From NCBI RefSeq assembly GCF_009914755.1, contig NC_060936.1: a stretch of 64,000 nucleotides of DNA; one strand, 5' to 3'. Below are positions 1-18,318 of the stretch, one piece after another; the first letter of the stretch is position 1, and each line of letters starts with the position of its first letter. Position numbers and translations under genes: made by a program. The stretch comes from the human T2T-CHM13v2.0 reference genome, Homo sapiens. The notes beneath the pieces are model-generated. The model was given only the letters and a program-made list of their open reading frames with translations. It had not been told where the DNA came from and made no database searches.

Positions 1-125
1 TTTTTCTTTATAGTTTTCTTACGTATATATATGAAAAATATAGATTTTTGAACTTTCCATAAATTTAATGACTTTATGTATATTATTGTGATTTGCTTTT
101 TTTAATTGTGACAAAGTATACATAA

Positions 126-452
<327 letters not shown>

Positions 453-2114
453 TCATTTTAACCATTTTCAAGTGTGCAATTCAGTGGCTTTAAACACATG
501 CACACTGATGTACAATCATCACAATCCACCTCCAGAACTTTTTCAGCATCCCAAACTGAAACCCTGTATACCATTAAACAATAGCTCCCCATTGCCCCTA
601 GCCCTGTCACTCACCATTCTACTTTGTCTATATGAGTTTGACTACTCTAGATATCTAAGTGGAAAAATACAATATTTGCCCTCATTTGTGATTTACTTCT
701 TTAGATATACATTATGGTTTGCAAAATTCATTCATGTTGATGGACATTGCTATGGCTGTATATTTTCATTGCTGAATAGTAATCCATTGATTTATTTATC
801 CTTTTTCTATTGCTAGACATTGGATTGTTTCTGGTTTCTTACTATCATTAATGCTGCTATAAACCTTTGAATATATCTATCCTGGTGTCCGTCTGCAAGG
901 GGTTTTCTGTTGTATGTCCCTAGAAATAAAACTGATGGGTACGTACATTTTCAACTTTACTAAAGATGAACTGTCCAAAGTAGTTATTCTAATTTACACC
1001 TCCACAATCATTATTTCAAATTTACACTCCCACAATTATTATCCAAGTCAATATTTGCTAATTTCAGCACTTTTGCTCATCTAAAAGGTGTTAAAAAATA
1101 CAGACATCTTTATCAGACTAAGAAAGTGCGCTGTAACCTATCAAATGGTAAAGTGCATTAAATGCATTTCTAATTCAATCTAATTGTATTTATTTAATTT
1201 CTCATATTAAACCAACTCTCCCTTCCTGGGATAAACTGAATTGTGTCATGATTTATTATCATCTTCCAGATTGAGCCTGGTAACATTTTGTTTAGGATTT
1301 TTGTATTTGTGTCATGAATGCACTTCCATTTTCCTTTCTCATAATATCTTCAGATTATCCATTTAACTCAAAATGACTTAAGGAGTGTTCCCCCTTTTGT
1401 CATGCTCTAGAAGAATCTGTATTAAGTGTGAAATTATTTCTTTACCTCTGAATGAAAAACTAGCATATAAAGACTTATGGACCTAGAATTTTCTTTCTGG
1501 GAATATTTATAACCACTGATTTAATTTCTTAAATGATTATAGGACTATTCAGGTTTTCTACTTCTTCATGAAAACAGTTTAATTTTTTTCTGGCTATTTG
1601 TCTAATTCATCTAAGTTTTCTAATATATTGGCATAAAAAGTTGCTCAAATAATGTCATTTATTGTTAAAGTCATGTCTCCCTTTTCATTCTTAATATTTA
1701 TTATTTATGCCTTTTGTTCTTCTTGACATATCAGATAATTGTCAATTTTATCAGTTTTCAAAGAAATCTACTGTGACTTGTTCATTTATTTAATAAATAC
1801 TGAGAGGCTAACATGTGCCTCTTATTTGAGATATAAAAGTAAACAAAAATCCTTGCACTTACAATTCAAATGTAAACAGGAAGGCAAAAACAATATACTA
1901 AAATTTAAAATAAATTATACAATATTTTAAGGAGTGATAAGTGATATGGAAGAAAGTAGGGGGACTCCAGATGGCTGGTGTAGTTGTGAAAGGGACGAAA
2001 TCACAATTCTAAATACAGTGGTTTGGATTGGCCTCATGGAGAAGGCGGCATTTAAGTGAAGACTTGAAGGATATGAGGTTACTGACCCACTCTATTCTGT
2101 GTTTTCTATTAATG

Positions 2115-2189
2115 TCCATATTTGTTCTTATTATTTCCTTTCTTCTCCTTCCTTCTATATTTGTTCTTATTATTTCCTTCCTTCTCCTT
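2115..2189. repeat. 39-bp-period tandem duplication
   Basis: tccatatttgttcttattatttcctttcttctcctt is followed by tctatatttgttcttattatttccttccttctcctt. Confidence 0.85.
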
Positions 2190-4078
2190 TGGGTTTTATT
2201 CTTTTTCTGAATTCTTGAGAAGGATACCTAGGATCATTAATTTTTAGCCTTTTTTCTTCTTCTAATATAAATATTTAGGTCTACATATTTCCCTCTAAGT
2301 ATTGCTTTACATACATTCCACAAATTTTTAAGTATTTTCCTTAACAATAAGTTTAAAATATTTTCTAATTTCCATTATATTACTTCTTGACCCATTTTAG
2401 AATGTTTTAAAAATTCCAAGCATATTGTACCTTCCTGTTTGCTACTGAATTATTTTTACCTTCAATATAATATTCATTATGATACATTCTCTGAATTGTT
2501 TTCATGCACTGAACTTTGAGAATAGTTTTGTATCATAGTATACTAGCAATTTTGGGGGAAAATGTTTGCGTGCTTAGAATCCTCTACTTGTTTGGTGTGG
2601 TGTTCTAAATATGTTTAATTCATTAGGTTTGTTTATCATGTTGCTCCAATCTTCTAAATCCTTACTGATTTTTTAAACATTATTCTATTAATTATTGAAA
2701 GAGAAAATCTTCCACTATGATTGTGGATGTGTCTATTTGTGGATGTGTCTATTTCTCCTTGTAGTTCCCTGAATTTGTGCATTGTATATTTCAAGGCTTT
2801 GTAAGTAGGTATACACAAATTTAAAATTAGATTTCCTTGGCTAATCAAGTCTTTATCATCATGCAAGGATGGTTCAACATACACAAATCAATAAATGTGA
2901 TTTACCACATAAGCAGAATTAAAAACAAAAACCATATGATCATCCCAATAGACACAGAAAACCCTTTTGATAAAATCCAATATCCTTTCATGATTAAAAA
3001 AAAAAACCCTCAAAAAACTAGGTATCAAATGAACATATCTCAAACTAGTAAGAACCATCTATGTATGACAAACCCACAGCCAACATCATACTGAATAGGC
3101 AAAAGCTGAAAGCATTCCCCCTAAGAACTGGAACATGAAAAGGGTGTCCACTCTCATCACTCCTATTCAATAGTACTGGAAATCCTAGCCATACCAATCA
3201 GTCAAGAGAAAGCAATAAAAGGCATCCAAATAGGAAAAGAGAAAGTCAAATTATCTTTGTTCACTGACAACATGATCCTATGCCTAGAAAACGGTAAAGA
3301 TTCCTCCAAATACCTCCTGGACCTGATAAACGACTTCAGTAAAGTTTCAGGATACAACATGCAAAAACAAGTAGCATTTCTACACACCAACAACGTTTAA
3401 GCTGAGAAGCAAATCAAGAACTCAATCCCATTTACAACAGTCATGCACACAAAAATAAAATATCTAGAAATATATTTAACCAAGGAGGTGAAATATCTCT
3501 ACAAAGAGAACTACAAAACACTGCTGAAAGAAATCACAGATGGCACAAACAAATGGAAAAATAATCCATGCTCACGGATTAGAAGAATCAGTATCACTAA
3601 AATGATCACACTGCCCAAAGCAATCTACAGATTCAATGCAATTCCTATCAAATTACCAATGTTATTTTTCACAGAACTAGAAAAAACAATTCTAAAATGT
3701 ATATGAAACCAAAAAAGAGCCCACACAGCCAAGGCAATCCTAAGCAAAAAGAAGAAAGCTGGAGCCATCACGTTACCAAACTTCAAAACTATACTACAGG
3801 CTGTAGCAACCAAAATAACATGGTATTGGTATAAAAATAGATCAATGGAACACAATAGAGAACCCAGAAATAAAGCCATACACCTACAACCAACTGATCT
3901 TCAACAAAGTTAGCAAAAATAAACAAACAATGGGGAAAGGACACTGGGTTCAATAAATGATGCTAGGAAAACTGGCTAGCCACTTGCAGAAGAATGAAAC
4001 TGGACCCCTAACTCTTAACATATATAAAAATTAACTCAAGATGGATTAAAGACTTAAATATAAGACCTCAAACTATAA

Positions 4079-4684
<606 letters not shown>

Positions 4685-5316
4685 TAAAAACCCTAAAAGA
4701 AAACCAGGAAAAACTCTTCTGGGCATTGGCCTAGGCAAATAATTTATAACTAAGACCTTAAAAGCAATTGCAACAAAAACAAAAATTGATGAATGGGACT
4801 TAATTAAACTAAAGAGCTTCTGCATAGCAAAAGAAACAACACAGTCAACAGACAACCTACAAAACAGGAGAAAATATTTTCAAACTATGCATCTGACAAA
4901 GGACAAATACCCAGAATCGATAAGGAACTTAATAAGAAAAAAAAAGCCCCATTAAAAAGTGGGGAAAGGACATGAACAGATACTTCTCAAAAGAGGACAT
5001 ATAAGTGGCAACACACATGAACAAATGCTCAAGATCACTAATCAGATAAATTTCAATTAAAACCACAGTGAGATATCATCTCACACTAGTCAGAATGTCT
5101 ACTATTAAAAAATTAAAAAAAGGGACATGTTGGTGAGGATGCAGAAAAAAGGGAACTGTTGGTATGAATGTAAATTAGTTCAACCCCTATTGAAAACAAT
5201 ATGAAGATTTATTAAAGAATTTAAAATAAACCTACCATTCAACCCAGCAATCCCACTACTGGGTATCTGCTGAAAAGAAAAGAAAATTTTTTTTTTTTTT
5301 CAAAGAGACACCTGTA

Positions 5317-5646
<330 letters not shown>

Positions 5647-5667
5647 CTAGTCACAACAACAAAATCA

Positions 5668-5931
<264 letters not shown>

Positions 5932-6164
5932 TCAGTGCTTTCGGAGGCCCTGGTAAGAGGATCACCTGAGCCCCAAAGTTTAAGACCAGCCTGGGCAACA
6001 TAGAATGATCTCATCTCTAAAAAAAATTTTTTTAATTAGCTAGATGTGGTGGCACACGTCTGTGGTCCCAGCTACCTGAGAGGCTGAGGTGGGAGGATCG
6101 CTTGAGCTCAGGAAGTCAAGCCCGCTGTAAGCCAAGATCATGCCACTGCACTTCAGCCCAGGAA

Positions 6165-6285
6165 ATGAAGTGAAAAGAAGAATGGAAAGAAAGGAATGAA
6201 AGGAAGGGAGGAAGGGAGGAAGGGAGGAAGGGAGGAAGGGAAGGAGAGAAGGAGAGAAAGAAAGAAAGGAAGGAAAGAAGGAAAA
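6165..6285. repeat. GGAA/GGGA purine-rich simple repeat derived from an Alu tail
   Basis: aaggaagggaggaagggaggaagggagg...aaagaaagaaagg. Confidence 0.85.
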
Positions 6286-8109
6286 TGAGGTACATATACA
6301 TCATAGCATACTACACAGCCATAAAAAGAATGAAATTATGTCCTTTGCAGCAACATGGATACAGTTGGAGGCCATTACCCTAAGTGAATTAAAGCAGAAA
6401 CAGAAAATCAAATACTAAATGTTCTCACTTATAAGTACAATGGGTACACATGGTCATAAGGGTAGAAACAATAGACACTGGGGACTCTAAAAGAGGGGAG
6501 GGAGCGGGGACAAGGGTTGAAAAACTACGTATTGGGACTAAGTTCACTATTTGAGCAATGGTTTCACCAGAAGCCAAAATCCCAGCATCATCCAATATCC
6601 CCATGTAACAAACCTGTACGTGGGTATATTGGGTAATGCTGGGATTTGGGCTTCTGCTGAAACCAATGCTCAAAACAAAACAAATAAACAAAAATCCTGA
6701 TCACCACAAAATGTCCCTCTTTATTTCTAGAAGTGCTTTTTGTCTTAAAGTCTATTGTGTCTAATATTAATACAGCTATATAAGCTTTTGTTTTTCTAGT
6801 AATTTGTATAGTATGACTTTTTCCATCATTTCACTTCCAACTTTTCTGTATTTAAATTTTTTTTTTTAATTTTTTACTTTTTGTAGAGATGGGGTCTATG
6901 TTGTCCAGGCTGGTCTCAAACCCATGGACTCAAGCGATCCTTCTGCCTCAGTCTCCCATATTGCTGGAATCTTTATTCTTAAGGTGGCTGTTTGTAAGAA
7001 GATTACTGTTGGATTTTATTCTTTATTATTGACAATCTTTCACTTTTAACAAGAGTAATAGATCCATTTATATTCCATGTATTTACTGATATATTTGGGC
7101 TTAAATATACTATCTTACTTTTGAGTGTTATTCTGTATTATTTCTTGGTAACTTTTCAACTGATTTTTTTTTATTATTCCACTATGTTCTCTCTACCAGT
7201 TGAGAAGTTATATACTGTGTAATTTTAATGGCTACTACAGAAAGTCAACAAATATGCCTTCTATATCCAGACCTGTATCCTCTTTCCCAAGGACTTTAGA
7301 ATGTCTTAACTCAATCTGTCCTTCCCCTACCAAATTATGGATTAGTATTATCATGCATGTTTTTAACAATAGTTTTATTGAGATATAATTCACATACCAT
7401 GTAATTCACCCATATAAAGTGCACAATTTAATGGTTTTTAGTATATTCACAGAGTTGTGTAACCATCACCACAATCAATTTTAGAACATTTTTCATCACC
7501 CCGAAATAGAAATCTTATACTCATTAGTAGTTACTCTCCACTTCTTCCAAATACCTAGCTCATGGAAACTATGAATCTACTTTCTGTCTCTGTAGATTTG
7601 CCTCTTCTGGACACTTCATATAACTGTAATCATGTAAAATGTGGTCTTTTGTGACGGCTTCTTCCATTTAGCATGCTTTTGAGGTTCATCCATGCTATAT
7701 CATGCATCAGTACTTCCTTCTTATGCCCAAATAATATTCCAATGCATAGATATACCAAATTTTGTTTATTGATTAATCAACTGATGAACATCTGGGTTGT
7801 TTGTTGTCATGTATCTTAGTTTAATTACTGTTAAACCCACATGTTTTTTATTATGGTTTTTGTTTTATACTGTACAGACATAATCTGTTTTGCAGGTGGC
7901 AAACTCAGTTTTGGTTTGTAAGAAAATGTTTTTATTCCACCTTTATTTTTGAAAACTTATTTTAGCTGGTACAGAATTCTAAGTTGGCAGCTATTTTCTT
8001 TCAGCACATTGAAGACATCATTCCACTGTCTGGCTTTCATTTTTGCTATGAAGACCAAAGCTCAAGTTCTGCCCAGCTCTGCAAATACCCTCATGATAAA
8101 AATTGCTTT

Positions 8110-8430
8110 GGACTGGGCATGGTGACTCATGCCTGCAATTCCAGCACTTCGGGAGGTCAAAGCAGAATTGCTTGAGCCCAGGAGTTTGAGACCACCCTGG
8201 ACAACACAGTGGGATCCCATCTCTATAAAAAAAAAAAAAAAAAGAAAGAAAAAGAAATTCCCAGGCATGGTAGCACATGGTTGTAGTCTCAGGAGGCTGA
8301 GGTGGGAGGATCACTTGAGCCTGGGAGGTTGAGGCTACAGTTAGCTGTAATTACACCACTGTACTCCAGCCTGGGTGGCACAGCAAGATCCTGTCTCTAA
8401 AATAAAATAAAATAAACAAAAAACAAAAAC
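8110..8430 (+). mobile_element. Alu (AluJ-like)
   Basis: Dimeric Alu consensus with expanded A-rich linker and taaaa/caaaa tail. Confidence 0.9.
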
Positions 8431-10239
8431 AGTTGTAGTGCTTCCATTACTTCTTTGGTTTATGTCTTCACTCAGGTTTTTTCCTGATAATTTCTTCCTG
8501 TATTATTGCCTCTTAAATGTTTTTAAGATGATAGCTTTGATCTATCTGTATACATTGTAGTGAGCACTATTTATTGTTTTTAGCAGAAATGGCAGTCCCA
8601 AAAATCTTAAGCCTCAAATTAATGAAATCAGAAAGATCAAAATATTATTTCTGATAATTTTTTTATCATATCACTTTCACCAAAATCTTAAAGCTGCAGA
8701 TTTAGCTCATTTGAAGTATAAAAAATGTCTACCATTTACCTAATTGGCAAAACTGTTTTCGAACTTAAACTAAATGGCCATATTAGACTTACTTTCTATC
8801 AGACAGTCTGACTTCATTTTTTGGTACAAATAAATATGTTGATATGCATGTTCATGGCAACCTATCTCATTTTTGATTATAAGCCAGATGTAAATTGATT
8901 TAATTCCCTCATATATTGTTTTTAAAAGATGCAATTTTAATGTCCTGAACTCAATACCATTTATATTTTAGTGTCAGCACTGAATGTTCCATGAAAACCA
9001 GGACTCACTCTTTGGCCACTGAAGCCTGTTTGTGATGACAGTGTTCCTAAATGAAAATAGAATTTAAAGTACAGACTATAGCAATAAGCACCCCCCTTTT
9101 GCCCATTCATTACAGTCCCATTCCTGGGGGTAGTTGAGCATGATTTCAATCAAATAAAATACAATCAATTCAAATAAAGTATTAAAAGTTTTGTAAAATC
9201 TCTTCACAGTTGTATTCCTAAACAGTAATTTGAACATCAAATTTGTATTAATAATGCCATTTTCTTCATTGGAAGAAAAGTCATAAATTATTAACTGAGA
9301 CTAACTGGAATCATCTATATATTCATCAATTTGTAAGGCAATTCTTCTCATAGTCTAATCACTGTTTTCTGTATTTCATGTATTCTGTGAAGTACAGTGG
9401 TTTCTGATAAAAATATATTAATATAAATGTAGTGATGGGTTTTTTAACAGTACATCAGGTATCATAACCTTTTCTATAGTCTTACGCAATTTTCTAACTT
9501 TTGCAATGAACAATATTAATTTAAATTACGTGAAGTTTCAAAAGGCAACTTTGAAATCTGCGTAAAAATATTACACTCACATTTTTACTAATACACTAAT
9601 CTTTCTTCATTAAAAAATTAATTACATTATCTTTGTAGTCTGGTACCAAAACATTATTATCAAATGATAGTACCAAAAAAATCTCTCACAATGTAACTTG
9701 ATACACTCTTTGGTACCATAATTTGATAACAATCTCATGGGCAATGTAACTAAACAAAAATGATCACCACTTCACACTACCATGTGTATAAATTCACAAT
9801 ATCTCAGTACTTCTAATGACACATTTCACCACTTCCAAAAAGACAGGTAAGGCAGACAAAAACAGGAAGTCCTTAGTGTCTGATGTTAGCTTTGCCAACA
9901 TCAATGTTTCGAATTGTCTAAAGGTTTCACATCCCAGTCCCAAGGGCAAAGAATCACAGAATGGGAGTAGATAACAGATAAGCTTTACTTTGTAAGAAGG
10001 GTGATTGTGACAGAGGAGGATGCAATGGTAAAAAGGCAGGGTTTTTTTTTTAATGTATGACTACATTTTCTCAGGAAAAGGTAAATATGGAAGTCAATCA
10101 TCTGAAGATTGATTTCCATAAGACTGTGTCCTTGTATCCTTAGAAAACCTTTGTACACCTGTCAGAGTATGATTTACTTCTCAGTTTGAAGACTTCTAAC
10201 CTACACTGCTGTGATGGATTCCTAAAGGGTACCCCTACT

Positions 10240-10832
10240 TTTACCCTTGTGTCCCCCTACAGTGAATTTTCCACATGGCAATCAAAGTGATCTTTTAAAA
10301 ATGTAAATCAGATCATGCCACTTTTCTGTTTACAACTTTCCCAGGCTGCCCATCACACTCACAATAAAACCCAAATACTTTACCATGGCTTACTTGGCCA
10401 TGAACTACAAACCGGCTCCTGATTAACCACGGTCTCCATGCCGTGTTTTTATCTTTCACTTTCTACCTCACTGTCTGTTCTAACCACACTGGCATTTCAC
10501 CAAGGTCATTCTAAACTATGTCTGTTTCTCCTGCTTAATATACTCATTCCCCCAGGTAATTACTAACCTACTCCCTTGCTTCATCCAGGTCTCTTCTTAA
10601 ATTTTACTTCCTTAATCATATTATATGAAATAGCATCATCATCAGCCCTACCCCACATTTTTTCATGACCTCTTAGTTTCTATGTATTAAAAGCTACCTG
10701 AAATTATATTATTTATATTCCTGTCTCACTTCCCACCCTCAAGTTGAATGTAAGCTTCATGAAGGCAGGAACTTGGTCTTGCTGCTGTTCACTTAATGCC
10801 TTGAACACTGCTAAATCAATGAAATAAATATT
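10240..10832. mobile_element. L2 fragment
   Basis: L2-like motifs (aaaatgtaaatcagatcatgcc...; tgtaagcttcatgaaggcaggaacttggtctt). Confidence 0.65.
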
Positions 10833-11007
10833 CTTCCATGTTTGCAAGAACTTATATATAAGGATCTTCATTCCTGCCTTGATTGTGATAGCAAAAAATA
10901 GGGCCAACATAAAAATCATGTAGCATACTTTCAATGAGATATGATGCAGCCATGAAAAAGAGTGAGGTAATTTCAATACGCCAAAACAAAAAGGTCCCCA
11001 AGGTATA

Positions 11008-11486
11008 CTTACTCCATTGAACCTAAGATGTCATCAGATGTAAGATGTATTTATTATGTCCCAAAAAAGGAAATAATGCCTAAGATGGCAGTTAAAGGCG
11101 ATACCTGTATAAAACTGGATATAGGGAAAGACAAACAATCCCACAACACAGTAATGCAGAGCAAAAAAAAAGAAGGCTTGCATATGTCAACTCTGACACT
11201 GGTAGAAGGAAGAAAAAAAATTCCTGAGAATTTAAACCACAAGCCGGTTCATGTGGATTTGCAGTCTGACTCATACCATTGGTGTGGTCCAAAACCCTCA
11301 AGCATAGAATTTAAGTAGTACCAGACTGGTAATAAGCCCAACTGACAGATAGAAGCAAACATCTTCTGTTGAAGAAGTGGATGTCAATCCAGGACTACAA
11401 TGATTGTAAGATACTATTATAAGACACATCTCAATTTCAGTAATGTTCAAATGTAAAAAGATTAGTATCCTATAATTAATAAAATA
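11008..11486. mobile_element. MER104/Kanga-like Tc2 DNA transposon remnant split by unrelated sequence
   Basis: Ends resemble the family termini (ccattgaacctaagatgtcatcagatgtaagatg ... catctcaatttcagtaatgttcaaatg); family name from recall. Confidence 0.4.
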
Positions 11487-11849
11487 TTGTTAAGTGAAAA
11501 ATAGAAGGTGCAGAATGCTCCCATAGGCAGGGAGAAAAGGGGTCTCTGTGTGTGTACATATGTGCGCCCTTTAATGTTTAGAAAATTTATGAAAAGATGT
11601 ACAGTGGTTCTAGGAAGGCAGATCAAATGTCTTGGGTTGAAGAAAAGTTTCAATTTTTTAATGCTATTTTAATTTTGTACCATGTGTGTTCATTAATTTT
11701 CCCTTAAGAAAACTTTAAAAAACCAGAAAGTATAAAATATATCCTTCAATGTTTTCCTACCTACACTGTAAATTCCCTTTACAGAACACCTCATCTCCAA
11801 ACTGCAATATTTAAAAGTGAAATAATTAAAAAGTAAGTGATTTCTTTAC

Positions 11850-11945
11850 TTGAACCCGGGAGGCGAAGGTTGCAGTAAGCCAAGATTGTGCCACTGCACT
11901 CCAGCCTTGGCAACAGAGCAAGACTCTGTCTCAAAAAAAAAAAAA
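11850..11945 (+). mobile_element. 5'-truncated Alu (3' ~95 bp only)
   Basis: ttgaacccgggaggcg...poly-A, flanked by TSD aaaagtaagtgatttct / aaaagtaagcgatttct. Confidence 0.9.
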
Positions 11946-12607
11946 GTAAGCGATTTCTTCTCTGGGTTTGGTTTCAAATTTCATAGGAAGAATCTCACCA
12001 TTCTTTCAGAGAAACAATACTATCAACGTAATAGCCCACCCATGTATATCATGAAGTACCAAGGTAATTTAAAACAATGAGTTTTCGGATTTAAAATGAT
12101 GCCTCTAAGATTTCATAGTCTAAAGCACAAAATGAATGTCCACACAAATCAATGAATGATTACAGAGACACACAGGCCCTCCAGAATGCTTGAATGCTTC
12201 CAGAGCCTTCATAAATTTTGTTCAGTTATATCCACAGTTTCTAAAAGAATATCAGGTTGGTCATGGGTCCAAGTGACTGACAGAAGCAAACAAAGAAGGC
12301 ACTCAATGGTATTTCTTGAAGAAATGTTTAACTGTATAAATACTGAATACACTGTATATAAACATTTCCTGGAAAGAGCCCAAGTGTTTTTAAGGGTGGT
12401 AGATTAAATGGGGTTTCGCATATTCATTCAACAAATATTGAATGAATTTCTACTATGTGCCAGGCACTGTGCTAAACATTATGGATGTAAAAATATGACA
12501 CGCTCCTGACCATGAAAAGCTCACCATTATAAATAATTACAATAAAATGATAAAGGGTTATAATTGAGGTATGCACGAATGCATGTGCTATGAAAACACA
12601 GAGTATA

Positions 12608-12992
<385 letters not shown>

Positions 12993-13859
12993 TTAAAGCA
13001 GGCATTCCAGACCCAAATCCCTGTTGGGACCAAGCAGGTAAATAAACTAAGAGGTTTGGTTATGGTCAAGACTATGGCAAATCAAAGATTTTATGCATTC
13101 CTAAAAGGGGTAGCTGTTATTCAGCCCAGCCAATTGTTGCCTTACAGGACTATTTAGGCCCAATGTTATCAGGTTTCCAATTTCTTAAGAATAGATGGAA
13201 ATCAGATTGTTGCATAAAAATAGGTTGGCAACTGATTTAAAAAAAAAAAAAAAAACACTTCTAAGGTCAAACAAAATATGTCTGTAGGGTAAATTTGGAC
13301 TGCCAGCCAATGGATTATAAACTCTAATTTAAAGTATAAATCTACAAAGTAAAGAGAGAAAAAGGCATTCTGGAAAAAGGCATATAGAATGGTACATTGT
13401 TTATTGAACTCAAATTTCTAAACAGTACAAAAAAACCCACCAAGTATGTGTTACCATGCAACCCATTTAAAGTTGTATTACCTCAGATTTCACTTTAAAG
13501 CCATAGCACATTTTATAATTAAAATTTTATATATGTATCTAGAGTGAAGAAAAAGGGGTTCCTAATCCAACATTTTCTAGAGCAGAATTAACAAAAAGCC
13601 CCAAATCTAGACATAAGTAAAAATTAAAAGCTATTTTTAAGAGTATTTGTGAAATTAGAACTCTCTTATGTCAAATTTGAAATGCGTCCTACTGTTGTAA
13701 AGGATTATTCCATGATTTAAACTGCATTAATGTCTAAAAAGTAAGCTTAGTAAACTCTACAAACTAAAACTATAAAAATATTTTATAATTCTGTAAATAT
13801 TCTGTTCATACACTGTAAGTGATTATATAACTATCTATTTTGAAAAAAATTCTACATAC

Positions 13860-13877
13860 CTTTTTTGCTTTGGGACC
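13860..13877 (-). CDS. DNAI7: DNAI7/CASC1 18-nt coding micro-exon (GPKAKK)
   Basis: Minus strand ttccaacttttag|GGTCCCAAAGCAAAAAAG|gtatgt; in frame with the upstream ATG exon gives MGPKAKK, the recalled CASC1 N-terminus. Confidence 0.88.
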
Positions 13878-14379
13878 CTAAAAGTTGGAAAACAAAAGAA
13901 TTGATCAATTTTAAAGACAATTCTGATACAAAAGTATCATGATTATGTAAGATGTTAAAATTAGAAGAAGCTTGGTAAAGGGCATAAGGGAACTCTCTGT
14001 ACCATCTTTGTAACTTTCTTTGCAAATCTAAAATTATCCCAAAATAAAATGCTTTTTTAAAAAGAGTTCAGACAAAACTACAAATAAGTATAGAAAAACT
14101 AAGTTCACCTACTGAACCATTTTTTTGTATGTAGATTTTACACTGTTTCTTAGGACAATCAATGATCCATGTTTAATGAAATGCCCTGTTACTAAACAGA
14201 GTACTAGTCAAGAAGGCACTAGTTTAAAGGGTTCAAAGGACAATAAATCATTGACCAATTATTGGCACTAATGTCAAATTTGCAAGTGTGGGAATGATCT
14301 CATAAAGAAATAACCTTTCCGTAAAGTTAGATTGATGATTTTTATAGAAAGGGAATCAGTTATTTAAAGCACGCAAAGT

Positions 14380-15005
<626 letters not shown>

Positions 15006-15750
15006 TCAGCAATGTGTTTTAAGGCAGATCTATTCTTTTCTGGAAATTATTTTGGAAAGCACAGGATTTCAAAAAAGACTCACAGTTACAATAATATCAC
15101 TTATACTTTCCTGATTAGGCTCATGTGTTTATCAGATTTCTGGTAAGGAATTTATAGGAGATCATGTGAACATAAGACACTTTACATATTTGAAGAGTTA
15201 TACATGGGAAATATTAGTTCAACCCATAAGATTATACTGTGTAAAACTGAAGTTTAACACATATCAGTAGATTCCATCTTCTTGAAGAGTGCATATATTA
15301 CACTAATTCACTCGGTAGATATTAATTAATGATTTACACACAAGGCAATCTGAGGCACTGGAGATAGAAAAGTAGAGACTTTGCTGCCATATAATTTTTA
15401 CAAATAGATTCTATTTTTATCATAGCTTCTATCAATTAATAGTTAACATACTTCCATCGTGAAATAAGTACTAAACAGCTGAATATGTAAATAGCATTGC
15501 TCCAGTTCTCAATTAGCCATATTTTAAAGAGGGGCAAATTGTCACTTCTCACTTGTGCTTTTAATGTAAATCAGGTTTGGGGTAAGTACATATCCTCATT
15601 TCTCCTATATGTCATAATAGCCACTATGTAGTGAAGTAGTTCTCAAAGTTCAGAGGGCATAAGAATCATATGGGAAGCTTGTTAGAAATGCATATTTATG
15701 GACTAAACGTGTGTATGCTCACTTCTCTTCCTACACTGTGGTTTAGTAGA

Positions 15751-16816
<1,066 letters not shown>

Positions 16817-17014
16817 GTAGATTTGGAGTTGAGTGGGTTCCTGGAATCTGCATTTTTAACAAGTACTCCGGGTGCATTAGAAATAAATGTTCCATGGGCC
16901 ACACTTTGAGAAACATTGGGAGAAGGATCTAAGAAGAAGAAACTCAGGTAACAAATTGGAAGGTAACAAGTAAGTGCTTACTGTTCCCCCAATTTATTAG
17001 CAATTATAAATTGA

Positions 17015-17362
<348 letters not shown>

Positions 17363-18128
17363 TCCACTCCCTATTTCTTCCCACCATATGTGGAAAACTC
17401 GTATTTATACTTTAAAACAGGTTGAAAAGCACCACTCTCCTTCCCTTGTTTCCCCTCACTGAAATTTCATCATTTCCAACTGTGTGTTACCCCATTTTAG
17501 ATGCTTCAATTGTTACAGTTGTAAAGCTGTATTGTAATTAATTTGTTTAATCTGTATCCTATAAGCAGAGTTGTCGTCATGTTCTTCTTGGTATTCTTGG
17601 CTTCTAGCCCAGTGCCAAGTACAAAGAATGCACTCCACATTTTTCCCTTAATTAATGAATTAAATAAGTAATTACATTCTCCACTTCCTCTGGTTTTAAT
17701 TATAGAAAATGTCTTGATGGAAACCACATTTAAGAAAATCAGAGATACTCTCATAGCTACATGTTGGCCTGTCTCCTTGCTGAAAACATGGCAGTTGAGG
17801 AGTGCAGAAAAACAAAATGAGAAGCCTTATCATATTTAACTAATGCAGGATGAGAACCTTGAATCACAAAACAATTCATATTCCCACAAAAGACGACATA
17901 AAATATTTTTTCAAAGCAGAGTAAATTGCATTAGCTTTTAATTAACTGCTGGAGAAGTACTAAAACATTTCCGCCAAGTTGCAATAAGAAAATTTAGTGG
18001 GAACGTCTATCACTACTGAAAGTTACTAGGTTGGGACCAATTTTCAAGCTTAGCAACATTCGAGATCAGGATACCGTGTGACAGCTTTGACCATCTCCCG
18101 TTTGCAGAAACTGGTTTGGGACTCCTAC

Positions 18129-18305
18129 CTGTCCGCCTGGTCCAGGTAAGGAAAGCCATTGCTGAGAAGAGGGCCGACCCACCCCAAGGTATGAGTTATT
18201 TCCCAAACCGACCCGCTTCGCTGTAAAATATGACTGGCTCTTGATTACATTATTTAACACTGGTGAAGCAGAATCAGTGGTCGCCCCTCCACCTGTCTGC
18301 CTCAT
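18129..18305 (-). CDS. DNAI7: Probable alternative first coding exon of DNAI7/CASC1 (59 codons, MRQTGG...PGPGGQ)
   Basis: ATG-initiated ORF reaching a phase-0 donor CAG|GTAGGA at 18129/18128, in frame with the GPKAKK micro-exon; fits a recalled longer CASC1 isoform. Confidence 0.55.
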
Positions 18306-18318
18306 TTGCCTTGCTCAC

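Noticed and set aside
2837-3879. Reverse-transcriptase-like ORFs as a possible novel RT system
   Set aside because: Frameshifted fragments of LINE-1 ORF2 with a degenerate catalytic motif, 5'-truncated and interrupted by Alus
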